From Candidatus Altiarchaeales archaeon (GTDB taxonomy: Archaea; Altiarchaeota; Altiarchaeia; IMC4; SCGC-AAA252-I15), in NCBI GenBank assembly GCA_014727915.1, contig WJMO01000006.1:1-64000 (forward strand): a DNA stretch of 64,000 nt. Direction: 5' to 3'. The notes beneath the pieces are model-generated. The model was not told where the DNA came from. It did not search any database and worked only from the letters and a program-made list of their open reading frames with translations. The number at the start of each line of letters is the position of its first letter. The first letter of the stretch is position 1. The position numbers and the translations under genes were made by a program. Positions 49,738 through 58,855 of the stretch are shown one piece after another.

Positions 49738-50301
49738 ATGCTGGAACTGCTTCGTAAGTCCCTGGAAGATGCGCCGGTTATGAGGAGGGGCGAGTACAAT
49801 TATTTCATACATCCTCTGACGGACAGCATACCACCCATAGAGCCAGGGCTTGTCAGGGAGGTGTGTGAGGCGATAGAGAGACGCGCCGACCTGGACGTGG
49901 ACTATATCGTCACCATGGAAGCCATGGGCATCCACATCTCGGCTGTGCTTTCCCAGATGACCGGCCTGCCATTGAACATAGTGAGGAAGCGTTCCTACGG
50001 CCTCCCCGGGGAGGTGGTGTTGGACCAGAGCACCGGCTACAGCAGGGGCGAGATGTACCTGAACTCCGTGAGGAAGGGGGACATCGTCACGGTCGTGGAT
50101 GCGGTCATAAGCACGGGGGGTACGTTGAAGGCCGTCCTATCCGGTCTCCGGAGAGCGGGGGCGATAGTAAAGGACGTGATATGCGTGATAGAGAGGGGGG
50201 ACGGCCTCAGGGGCGTTGAGGAGTGCACCGGGTTCACCGTGAAGACGCTGGCTAAGATAGAGGTTGGTGAAAAAGTGGATATCGTCAGGGTCTTGGATTA
50301 A
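49738..50301 (+). CDS. hpt: Archaeal hypoxanthine/guanine phosphoribosyltransferase
   Basis: YNYFIHPLTD, RKRSYGLPGE, QSTGYS and VDAVISTGGT. Confidence 0.92.
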   Translation: MLELLRKSLEDAPVMRRGEYNYFIHPLTDSIPPIEPGLVREVCEAIERRADLDVDYIVTMEAMGIHISAVLSQMTGLPLNIVRKRSYGLPGEVVLDQSTGYSRGEMYLNSVRKGDIVTVVDAVISTGGTLKAVLSGLRRAGAIVKDVICVIERGDGLRGVEECTGFTVKTLAKIEVGEKVDIVRVLD

Positions 50302-50327
50302 AAAACGAGTATTACAGATTAGTTACG

Positions 50328-50609
50328 ATGGCGACGGTGATAGAGGCGGGTCAGAGGCAGACGTCATCAGAGATAGCGCAGGCAGCCCAGCTGATCCAGG
50401 AGACATCACGAGTTGAAACAGCGCACAACGTGCCTATAATAAAGGACAACCTGGCCATAACAACCATATTGAAGTCGAACAACCGGGTTAGCAGGTGGTT
50501 GGACCGGTGCTTCCTGGCCACTGGAAGCCTGAGCAAGAGGACGTTCGGGAGCATAGGAAGGGTATCAACCGTGTTGAACGGGCTTTCCAGGATGGTGAGA
50601 GGTCTTTAG
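50328..50609 (+). CDS. Hypothetical protein
   Basis: Compact ORF abutting the next gene; no motif. Confidence 0.5.
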   Translation: MATVIEAGQRQTSSEIAQAAQLIQETSRVETAHNVPIIKDNLAITTILKSNNRVSRWLDRCFLATGSLSKRTFGSIGRVSTVLNGLSRMVRGL

Positions 50610-51584
50610 ATGGACGAACCGACCGACCGATCGCTTAAGATACAGGGCCTGACAAGGGAGGAGTATGACTCCCTCAGCGACGAGGGCAAGTCCGTGATAG
50701 CAGGCAGGAGCCGCAGGCTGGGCGAGTACTATAACATAACATTGGCTGCGGAGCTGTTGAACGCCATACTAGACGAGGACCCCTCAAGGAATTCTTTCAT
50801 ATCCGAGGCGCTGGAGGGAAGGCACCCCAGCTTCGAGGAGACCGTAAGGGACATCATCAGAGACTACATGGACGCCAACGTCAACTCGTCCATCAAAGAC
50901 TACTACAAGATAAAGTACTCTGGACAGGACATAATGTCACAGCACCAGAGGGCCTCAGCAGGGTCGGAAGCCGAGGACATCATAGGAGGTGCAGGGGAAA
51001 CACGCCCGCCATCGGCGGAGACCGCGCCATCCCAGCCCCATAGTGACCCAGAACCCGAGGTAACAACACCAATAGCTTCTGACCCGGCACAGGCCACACC
51101 AGCACCCTCTAACGCGACACCTGCCACGCCGACATCATCCCCTGAAAAAACGACAGACAAGGCACCAACTTCGGACTCGCCTATTCCGCCTCCCCCACAC
51201 GAATCTCCAACGCCCAGCGCAACAACTGAGCCAGACCATCCGCTCTCAACAGAGCCTTCACAGACAACGCCACCTGCAACAGTTGATGCAGCAGGTGAAT
51301 CCGCGCCATCTGACAGCATTTACCCCGAGGACCGCCGGAGGAACATCGCCTCCATACTCGCTGCCAGGGAGGGAAGGGACAGCGAGAGCGTATTGAAGAC
51401 AGAGGAGGATGTGATTGACAGGATCATGGCCGTCACTGACGAGAACAGAAACCTTGGCCTCCGGGACGAGGACGTCTGCAGAGCCTGCGAGGAGATGATA
51501 AAGGACACCGACATCGAATTCTTTATGGAGGCGCTGATGCCAGGCCAACGGCAGGAACTGATAAGAAGAGCCCAGAAGAAGTGA
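50610..51584 (+). CDS. Hypothetical protein with central Pro/Thr/Ser-rich linker
   Basis: Two helical-looking domains joined by ~110 aa of low-complexity sequence. Confidence 0.65.
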   Translation: MDEPTDRSLKIQGLTREEYDSLSDEGKSVIAGRSRRLGEYYNITLAAELLNAILDEDPSRNSFISEALEGRHPSFEETVRDIIRDYMDANVNSSIKDYYKIKYSGQDIMSQHQRASAGSEAEDIIGGAGETRPPSAETAPSQPHSDPEPEVTTPIASDPAQATPAPSNATPATPTSSPEKTTDKAPTSDSPIPPPPHESPTPSATTEPDHPLSTEPSQTTPPATVDAAGESAPSDSIYPEDRRRNIASILAAREGRDSESVLKTEEDVIDRIMAVTDENRNLGLRDEDVCRACEEMIKDTDIEFFMEALMPGQRQELIRRAQKK

Positions 51585-51645
51585 ATATTGTTTATGGCCG
51601 GTGGGTTTTTTAAAGAAGTGGGAGTCATTGGATAATGGTGGTCTG

Positions 51646-52269
51646 ATGGATGAGGGTAGCAGAAGCCTTCTGGAACTGATCAAGAGGCGTAGGAGTTGCA
51701 GGTTCTTCGACAGCTCCAAGAGGGTGACCAAGCGGGATCTGATGGCCATACTTGAGGCTGGGAGGTGGGCCCCTTCAGCGAGGAACCTGCAACCGCTGGA
51801 GTTCATAATAGTCAAGGACAACCAAGGACGTGACCGGCTATCCGAGTTCTCACGGCAGAAGCACCCCAGCGAATCCCCGGTTTCCGTCGTAGTGGTCGGA
51901 GACCTCAAGAGGGCGAAGGACGTGGGAGACATATCACCCCATGACACCACCACCCACCTGCGAGGAATGAAGACTTTCATGTTCATGGACGCCGCGGCTT
52001 CCATACAGAACATGCTGCTGATGGCAGAGTCGCTCGGATACAACACACTGTGGATCTCATCCTTCGACGAGGAAGCCTTAGAGGATTTTCTCGGCCTCCC
52101 TGACAGGTTCATGCCAGTCGCGATAATATGCATTGGAAAAACGAGGAAGGAGATACAGGTCCCCCCCAAGAGAACCCTAGGAAAGAGGGTCCATCAGGGG
52201 TCATGGAGTCCGCGGCATCAGGATGAATCACATATAGGCTTCTCCAAGAAGATAAACGTCAAGTTCTGA
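51646..52269 (+). CDS. Nitroreductase family protein
   Basis: RRRSCRFF, APSARNLQP and QNMLLMAESLG. Confidence 0.92.
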   Translation: MDEGSRSLLELIKRRRSCRFFDSSKRVTKRDLMAILEAGRWAPSARNLQPLEFIIVKDNQGRDRLSEFSRQKHPSESPVSVVVVGDLKRAKDVGDISPHDTTTHLRGMKTFMFMDAAASIQNMLLMAESLGYNTLWISSFDEEALEDFLGLPDRFMPVAIICIGKTRKEIQVPPKRTLGKRVHQGSWSPRHQDESHIGFSKKINVKF

Positions 52270-52332
52270 AAGATATAATCACGATACCAATGCGACAAGT
52301 ATTTAAATAGTCATGACTATATCATAATCGTC

Positions 52333-52749
52333 ATGGAAGGCAAGGGGGTTGGTTACGGACATGAGTTCGAAGAGCTCATAGGCGAGATATCCCAATCCAT
52401 CCAGAAGAACGACCCAGTGACGATAGGCTTCATGCTATACCAGATAGCAGAGGAGCGAAGGAAGACCAACCTGATAATACGAGACCTGAACGCCAAATTC
52501 GACCTCCTAGTGGAGAAAATAGACAACATAGAGGGCAGAACGTCAAACCATGAGACGGGACTCTCCGAAAGGGACCAGGAGGTATTGGACTACGTCAGGA
52601 GAAAAGACAGGATAAGCGCGGAAGAGCTGCAGAAGAAATTCAAATACAAGGGAAAGAACGCCGCCAGCGCCAGGCTCTCAAAGCTGTTCCACGACGGCAA
52701 GCTCGAGAAGGAGTACGCCGGGAGGAAAGTATACTACAAGCTCAGGTAA
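52333..52749 (+). CDS. Coiled-coil plus C-terminal winged-helix DNA-binding protein
   Basis: LSERDQEVLDYV...SAEELQKKF...ASARLSKL...GKLEK...GRKVYY wHTH pattern. Confidence 0.75.
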   Translation: MEGKGVGYGHEFEELIGEISQSIQKNDPVTIGFMLYQIAEERRKTNLIIRDLNAKFDLLVEKIDNIEGRTSNHETGLSERDQEVLDYVRRKDRISAEELQKKFKYKGKNAASARLSKLFHDGKLEKEYAGRKVYYKLR

Positions 52750-52765
52750 AGCTTATTACATCACC

Positions 52766-52981
52766 CCAACCACCCCCCCACCCCCCGCTGAAAAAGCGGG
52801 GGGTGGATCCAACTCACCAAAAAAAAAACACGCACATCACTCCAAAAAAAAAGAAGATAGTGGGATGCAGACCACCACCACCCGTATTATAGGGATGCGG
52901 GTGGGTCACAATCACATCGCCTAGATGTGGTAATTCAGCCAACCACCCCCACCCCCCGCTGAAAAAGCGGGGGGTGGATCC
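52766..52981. repeat. Direct repeat of a ~43-45 bp G/C hairpin
   Basis: CCAACCACCCCC(CC)ACCCCCCGCTGAAAAAGCGGGGGGTGGATCC at 52766-52810 and 52939-52981, each with a perfect 11-bp stem. Confidence 0.9.
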
Positions 52982-53041
52982 GGTTGAAACATGTCCTAAG
53001 AGAGAAAACGGATAAGCCAGCAGAGCACAGTAAACTGCGAC

Positions 53042-53677
53042 CTATTTCAGCCCGTGACCATCCTGTGAACGGTCAATTTTCGTCCTGGCCTGTTCCGTAT
53101 ACGGACCGGGTTCTTCACCTGACCTATCAGTCCTCCGGCCACCACGACTTCCAGGCCTTCCCCGGCTGCGATTTAGAAGGTCGCCGAGGTTCTCCTCGAA
53201 ATCAGCAGGCGTGTATTCCCTGCCACCTCGTATCTCACTCCACTTCAGCCGGGCCTGATCCTCGAACCACCCCCTATAATCTGGCCCTCCCCGAGGTCCG
53301 ACAGTATAGTTGGGCCCGGCAACATCCAATCCCCTCTTCATCGCATCGGCAGGGTCGGATGTCAGCAACGCAGCGGACAGAACCCACCCAGGGTCGGCCT
53401 CACCGGACTTGCCAGCACTCGCAACAACCTTATCCAACAGTGGGTCCTGGCCTGCCCTATGGGATGTCAGCTTGTTGCCCCAGTAGAGGTTCTGATATAA
53501 CTGGGTCGCTTGTTCAGCCAGTTCCGGGATTGCCTCCTGAACCTCGGCAGGCGAGACCCGTCCGCTCAACGCTCTCAACCTCAGCCGATGTACCTTATCC
53601 CTTTCAAGAATCTCCCCCGGAGGGACAGCAGCATCCTGAATGACGGGAAGATTAGGATGATGTATCTGTTTAACCAT
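53042..53677 (-). CDS. Hypothetical protein
   Basis: ORF downstream of ftsY, preceded by an AT-rich promoter-like gap; no motif. Confidence 0.55.
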   Translation of the reverse strand: MVKQIHHPNLPVIQDAAVPPGEILERDKVHRLRLRALSGRVSPAEVQEAIPELAEQATQLYQNLYWGNKLTSHRAGQDPLLDKVVASAGKSGEADPGWVLSAALLTSDPADAMKRGLDVAGPNYTVGPRGGPDYRGWFEDQARLKWSEIRGGREYTPADFEENLGDLLNRSRGRPGSRGGRRTDRSGEEPGPYTEQARTKIDRSQDGHGLK

Positions 53678-53712
53678 ATTAATTAAAACTGGGAAGGAAG
53701 GGTTTATTAGCT

Positions 53713-54663
53713 TCAGCCGAGGATGTTGTCTATGAACCAGCTCCTGTCGAATTCCCGGAGGTCCTCGTATTTCTGCCCCACGCCCACGTAGATTAGGGGC
53801 TTGTGGGTTGAGTGGACTATCGACAGGGCACCACCGCCTTTCACGTCCGCATCCATCTTCGACAGAACCGCAGCTTCGAATCCCACCTCGTCGTTGAAGG
53901 TCTTCGCCTGCTCGACCGCATCGTTGCCGGCGAGGGCGTCGCCGATGAACAGCTTCATGTCCGGCTGGTTCACACGTATGATCTTCTTCAATTCGTCCAT
54001 TAGATTGGTCTTGCTCTGCATCCTACCCGCCGTATCGGCCAATACGACGTCTATGTTCCTCGCCCTGGCATGCTCGACGGCATCGTATATGACCGCCGCA
54101 GAGTCAGCTCCCCTCTGGTGGGATATGACATTCACTCCTATGTTCTGGGCGTGCTGTTGCAGCTGCTCTATCGCACCCGCACGGAAGGTGTCACCGGCGG
54201 CGAACACAACGGAGAACCCGTTGTCCAACAGCAGCTTCGCCATCTTGGCCATAGTCGTGGTCTTCCCCGTGCCGTTCACGCCCAGGAATAGGACCTTATA
54301 AGGCCGGGGGCCATCGCGGACCGAATCGAGGAATGTGACCTCGCGTTCTGGAGTCAACGACTCCTCCAGCACATCACGTATGCAAGAGCGTATATCATCT
54401 GATATCCCGCGGCCGGACACTTCAAGCCCGACCAGCTTCTCCTTCAAGGACTCGACTATGTGCTCCGCGGTCTCGACCGCCACGTCGGATTGCATGAGAT
54501 CCATCTGAAGCTGCCATAGTGTGTCCTCAACGTCTGCTTCGCCGAGCCTGGCCTTACCGGTGACTGCAGCCTTAACCTTCGTGGAGGCTGTTATCTTGGG
54601 CTCCGCCTTCTCCTTCACATCACCCATGAAAAAATTGAGCTTCTGCTTCAGTGAATCGAACAT
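53713..54663 (-). CDS. ftsY: SRP receptor FtsY
   Basis: GVNGTGKTTT, DTFRAGA, DTAGR, KMDAD.KGG and GVGQ. Confidence 0.97.
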   Translation of the reverse strand: MFDSLKQKLNFFMGDVKEKAEPKITASTKVKAAVTGKARLGEADVEDTLWQLQMDLMQSDVAVETAEHIVESLKEKLVGLEVSGRGISDDIRSCIRDVLEESLTPEREVTFLDSVRDGPRPYKVLFLGVNGTGKTTTMAKMAKLLLDNGFSVVFAAGDTFRAGAIEQLQQHAQNIGVNVISHQRGADSAAVIYDAVEHARARNIDVVLADTAGRMQSKTNLMDELKKIIRVNQPDMKLFIGDALAGNDAVEQAKTFNDEVGFEAAVLSKMDADVKGGGALSIVHSTHKPLIYVGVGQKYEDLREFDRSWFIDNILG

Positions 54664-54670
54664 TTTGACG

Positions 54671-55090
54671 TCAGTGGCTGTGCTGGCCCATCATCGCCTC
54701 GGCCTGGGTGTTCAGTTCGCCCATCCGGACGGCCATCTCGCCCATGGTCTTGTTGAGCTGCTGCAAAGACTGGGTCAGGTGCTTCCGCCGGCCCTCCAAT
54801 GTCACGATCGCATCGGGGAGTTTTTTCTCCACCGAATATCCGGCGCCTATGTCGACCAGCACGCTCTCAGTGTCCTTCAACGAGGCCGTGATGTAGGAGC
54901 CGGCGCCGAAGGGCACCAGGACCTCAGAGCCTGTCTTCTGGCTTTCAAGCGACTTCAAAGCCTCTACCGTGGAGGTCAGCTCCAGTATGGCCGACTCTAT
55001 CATCTGCCCCTGCTTCCCGAGCTGGTCAAGCTGCCTCTTGCCGGTCTCCAACTGCATCAGAGTGTTCCTTAGCTCTTCGTCCATCTTCAC
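54671..55090 (-). CDS. pfdA: Prefoldin alpha subunit
   Basis: Coiled coils flanking EVLVPFGAGSY...VLVDIGAGYSVEK; canonical position upstream of ftsY. Confidence 0.95.
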   Translation of the reverse strand: MKMDEELRNTLMQLETGKRQLDQLGKQGQMIESAILELTSTVEALKSLESQKTGSEVLVPFGAGSYITASLKDTESVLVDIGAGYSVEKKLPDAIVTLEGRRKHLTQSLQQLNKTMGEMAVRMGELNTQAEAMMGQHSH

Positions 55091-55794
55091 ATGTACTGGG
55101 CCTTGCCCTTCTTGGATATTATCACGCGTTCAGGCTGGCGCACTGCGAATATGCCGTTCTCGACCACGCCCGCGATGTTGTTGAGCTCCGTCTCCAGCTG
55201 GAGGGGGTCGGAGAAGTCCAATCCTGTGACGTCAAGTATTATGTTGCCGTTGTCTGTCGTGAACTTCTTGCGCTCCACCACCTTGCCGCCAAGCTCCTCA
55301 AGCTCCGAGGTCACGAAAGCCTTTGCAAAAGGCAAGACCTCGACGGGCAGGGGGAACTTCCCCAGCTTTGCTACCGCCTTGGATTCGTCCACTATGCATA
55401 CGAACTCGGTCGAAGCCGAAGCGACCACCTTCTCCCGGGTCAACGCTCCGCCGCCGCCCTTTATGAGATTGTAGGTCCGGTCCACCTCGTCGGCTCCGTC
55501 CACGTACAGGTCAATGAGGCCTCCGCCCATGTCGCCGGCCTTCTTGAATCCCATCTTGGCGACCTCGTCGAGTGTGGTTACCTTAAGCCCTGATTTCTTG
55601 GCCAGGTCCTCGCTCGCCTTGGAAGATGGCACGACCAAGCCGGGAAACTTCTTCCGCCCCAGCTCCTCTATGAAGTATTTGACCGTCGAACCGGTCCCCA
55701 GACCCAGCTTCATCCCGCCCTTGACTTCCCTGACAGCCATGAGCGCAGCAGCCTTCTTGTCCGCCTCCTGGGATTTGCCCTTAGACTTGGCCAT
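55087..55794 (-). CDS. rpiA: Ribose-5-phosphate isomerase A
   Basis: GLGTGST, DGADEVD, KGGGGALTREK and GVVENGIF. Confidence 0.97.
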   Translation of the reverse strand: MAKSKGKSQEADKKAAALMAVREVKGGMKLGLGTGSTVKYFIEELGRKKFPGLVVPSSKASEDLAKKSGLKVTTLDEVAKMGFKKAGDMGGGLIDLYVDGADEVDRTYNLIKGGGGALTREKVVASASTEFVCIVDESKAVAKLGKFPLPVEVLPFAKAFVTSELEELGGKVVERKKFTTDNGNIILDVTGLDFSDPLQLETELNNIAGVVENGIFAVRQPERVIISKKGKAQYM

Positions 55795-55921
55795 TTTCAA
55801 GTTAAATGAATAAAGTAGGAGAGTATAAAAATGAGGCGCCAGACCAGTGAAAAACAGAAAGGAAAAAAGTATAGAATATTATTAAAAAATTAAAAATAAT
55901 TTAAACTTTTTTAGATTGCAG

Positions 55922-57793
55922 TCACCCTGTGAATGTGGGCCTTTCGGAGAGCAGGCGCGACAGGGGTATCTTCCGGTAGGGCATGTTCTTGGATTTCTCC
56001 TTGACCTCAACTGCCACGACCTCGGCTACGACGGTATTCTGCTCCTTCTCCCCCCGCACCCTCACGGAGACCTTCCCGGATTCCATCTCCTTCTCGCCTA
56101 CGACTATTATGTAAGGTATCCACTCGCGCTCGGCCTGCCGTATCTTCTTGCCCATGGACTCGTTCCTGTCGTCCACGTCCACGCGGATCCTCTCCTTCTC
56201 GAACCGATCCGCCAGTTGGACCGCATAGTCTATGAACTTCTCGGACAAGGGTATCACCCTGATCTGCGTAGGGCACAGCCACATGGGCAGCACGGGAGTG
56301 CCCCCGGATTCCTTCATCATATGGGCCTTCTCCAACAGCGCGTATATCACCCTCTCTATGGCGCCGCTGGGCGAGCAGTGGAGGATTATGGGGTTCTTTA
56401 GGCTCCCATCCTTGTCCGCGAACTTTATGTCATAGCGTTCTCCGTTCTCCACGTCTATCTGGTCCGTCGACAGCGCCGAGGCCTTGTCCAATGCGTCGAC
56501 GAAGTTGAACTCGTACTTGAGTATGAAGTAGAACACCCGCTCATCCCACATCTCGATAAGGGCGGGTTTGCCGAAGTCCTTCACAAGCTCGGTGACGAAC
56601 TCCCGGTTGCTGTCATAGAATCCCCTGGTAACGCGCACCGCAAGCTCGACGTCATCCCTCTCAAGGCCAACCCCCTCGAGGGTCTCCACGCTCAATCTGA
56701 ACCTTCTCTTGTACTCTTTCATCGCCTGGACTAGGTCGGTGCATAGGGCGTGTACGTCCGGCATGGTGAAAGCCCTCAGCCGCCTCAGCCCTGTAAGCTC
56801 TCCGCTCTTCTCCCGCCTGAACGCGTAGCGTGCCAGCTCGTAGAGGCGGAGGGGCAGGCTCCGGTAGCTAAGGGTGGCGTCGTGAGCCATGAGGAACTGG
56901 CCGAAACACGCGGCAAAACGCATGAAATAACGTTTTTCGTCGGATTCTAGCACGTACTGGCGGGCTGGGAACCTGTCCAGGTACTTCTTCAGGGTGGGGT
57001 GCTCGAAGTCGTACATCAGCGGCGTCTCAACCTCCACGCCCCCGTAGTCGAGTATCTTCTCCGTCACATACTGCTCCAGCAGCGCCTTTATCATCCGCCC
57101 CTTCGGGTAGTATCTGAAGTTCCCAGGGTCGCTGGCAGGCTCGTAGTCCACCAGCTCCAGCCTGCGCATCAACTCAATATGGGGTGGTGCCTTCTCGACC
57201 GCGCGTGACTTGGCCTTCTCGTAGGCTGCGAACTTCTTCAGGTTCTCGCATCCCTTGTATTCGAAGCCTTCGATGTCGTGGAGTACCCCGTCCGGCGTCA
57301 TTATGTGCCAGTGGCTGTCGATCTTGTCCTCCTTAGCCAAAGCCTGGGATTCCCCACCTTCATCTTTGCCACCGTCGCCCGGGACTATCGTCCTTGAAAG
57401 CTCGCTCAGCGGATGTCCCTTGCACTTCAACTCGAAGCTCTTGTACCATCCGAACGGAGCCTTCAACGCATTGTACTTGGAACTTATCTTCTCATATGAG
57501 TCGTCCAACACCTTCCGGGCTACGGAGAGCGAGCCCAGGTCGCTGGACAGGTGAGCGTAGGGGTATACGACGATGTTCCCGGCCTTCACCTGCGCCGCCA
57601 TCTTGTCCACGACCGTCACCAGCTCGTCAACAACGAAATCCGGGTCCTTCTCGTCCGGCTTCTCAACGGCCATGAAGCAGACTATGCAATCCTCAAGCCT
57701 TCCTCCCTTCTCGGTTATCTCCTCCGGCTGCTTCACAGCCTTCTTCTGCGCCTCGAACTCTATGTAGTCGCAGTGCAACAGCAGAACGCGCAT
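55922..57793 (-). CDS. thrS: Threonyl-tRNA synthetase, archaeal type
   Basis: MRVLLLHCD start, YPYAHLSS and APFGWYK..CKGHPLSE editing domain, RLRAFTMPD, HCSPSGAIER. Confidence 0.97.
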   Translation of the reverse strand: MRVLLLHCDYIEFEAQKKAVKQPEEITEKGGRLEDCIVCFMAVEKPDEKDPDFVVDELVTVVDKMAAQVKAGNIVVYPYAHLSSDLGSLSVARKVLDDSYEKISSKYNALKAPFGWYKSFELKCKGHPLSELSRTIVPGDGGKDEGGESQALAKEDKIDSHWHIMTPDGVLHDIEGFEYKGCENLKKFAAYEKAKSRAVEKAPPHIELMRRLELVDYEPASDPGNFRYYPKGRMIKALLEQYVTEKILDYGGVEVETPLMYDFEHPTLKKYLDRFPARQYVLESDEKRYFMRFAACFGQFLMAHDATLSYRSLPLRLYELARYAFRREKSGELTGLRRLRAFTMPDVHALCTDLVQAMKEYKRRFRLSVETLEGVGLERDDVELAVRVTRGFYDSNREFVTELVKDFGKPALIEMWDERVFYFILKYEFNFVDALDKASALSTDQIDVENGERYDIKFADKDGSLKNPIILHCSPSGAIERVIYALLEKAHMMKESGGTPVLPMWLCPTQIRVIPLSEKFIDYAVQLADRFEKERIRVDVDDRNESMGKKIRQAEREWIPYIIVVGEKEMESGKVSVRVRGEKEQNTVVAEVVAVEVKEKSKNMPYRKIPLSRLLSERPTFTG

Positions 57794-57827
57794 GGTATAT
57801 AGAATGGAAAAACCATATAATAACCGT

Positions 57828-58346
57828 ATGAGCGCTTTGAAGACGCGTGATAGACGCGAGGGACCGCTGAGCAGGCTCATGGACCTTGTGGCCCCAGGCT
57901 CCCAGAAGGAGGTTGAATGGGTTTTCTCAGACTCCGACGGCAATGTGACAGGGAGCGTCCCCGACGACCGGGCAAGAGAGGTGGGTCCAGGATACTCCGG
58001 GGAGCTGAGATATTTCATAGATGGAAAGCGGTTAGAAGCGGATTTCATAGGCACCAGCGATGGCAGGACCCTCGCACGCAGGGGTTTCAGGTCGGCAGAG
58101 GCGAGGACAAGAGGGTTCATGAACCTGATGCACGCCGCGGAAGACCAGGCAAGACAGCACGGTTGCAGTCAGGTGACCTTGGACACCAGAGCATTCACGG
58201 AACACCCCAAGCTCATGGAAAGGCTGGGTTACAAGCCCTTGGACGACCGGGAGCGGGAATTGCACCGTGAGGAATCAGCCGGCCAGACCATCGAGGAAAG
58301 GAGGGGAGTCGGGTCGTGGGTCAGGTACGTCAAGAAACTCGATTGA
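57828..58346 (+). CDS. GNAT-like acetyltransferase domain protein
   Basis: R.RG...LMHAAEDQARQHGC..VTLDT...LMERLGY resembles GNAT motifs A and B. Confidence 0.55.
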   Translation: MSALKTRDRREGPLSRLMDLVAPGSQKEVEWVFSDSDGNVTGSVPDDRAREVGPGYSGELRYFIDGKRLEADFIGTSDGRTLARRGFRSAEARTRGFMNLMHAAEDQARQHGCSQVTLDTRAFTEHPKLMERLGYKPLDDRERELHREESAGQTIEERRGVGSWVRYVKKLD

Positions 58347-58348
58347 AC

Positions 58349-58855
58349 ATGGACTCTAAGGAGCGCAGTGAGCTGGAGGCGCGTTTGAGGGAGGAGTTTG
58401 AAAGGCTGAACAGGGAGAGGTTCGACAACTCCATCGAGGATTACAAGCTCAGGTTCAGCAAATCTTCCGTGAGGACCCACGGTTCCATAAACCTGGAGAC
58501 CAAGACCATCAGGATATCCTATCCCATGTATGAGCAGCACGGTTGGGAGATGGTCGCCCAAACCCTGTTGCATGAGATGACCCACGCGCTCATACACCAG
58601 CAGGGAGGCCACGCGAGGCACACGAAGAGGTTCTGGAACGAATTCGAGAAGAGAGGAGGGGTGAGGGACAGGATAGACGTGAAGCCAACCGCACCCTACG
58701 TGTACGCCTGCCCCACCTGCCAGCAGGAGATAGAGAGGATCAGGCCTATGAAAAGGCCCTGGCTGTACTCTTGCATAAGATGCGACAGGAACTACAACCC
58801 AAAACACAGGCTATACCTGAAAAGGGAGAAGGGACAGATAAAACTAGAATGCTAG
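58349..58855 (+). CDS. SprT-like zinc metalloprotease
   Basis: TLLHEMTHA (HExxH), H.KRF and C-terminal CPTC...CIRC Zn ribbon. Confidence 0.88.
   Translation: MDSKERSELEARLREEFERLNRERFDNSIEDYKLRFSKSSVRTHGSINLETKTIRISYPMYEQHGWEMVAQTLLHEMTHALIHQQGGHARHTKRFWNEFEKRGGVRDRIDVKPTAPYVYACPTCQQEIERIRPMKRPWLYSCIRCDRNYNPKHRLYLKREKGQIKLEC

Noticed and set aside
52766-52981. Possible CRISPR array
   Set aside because: Only two copies with a 128-bp spacer, low-complexity G/C runs and no cas genes in the window.
57794-58120. N-terminal extension of ThrRS in the ORF track
   Set aside because: It is the antisense of the divergent GNAT-like gene; the conserved start is MRVLLLH at 57793.
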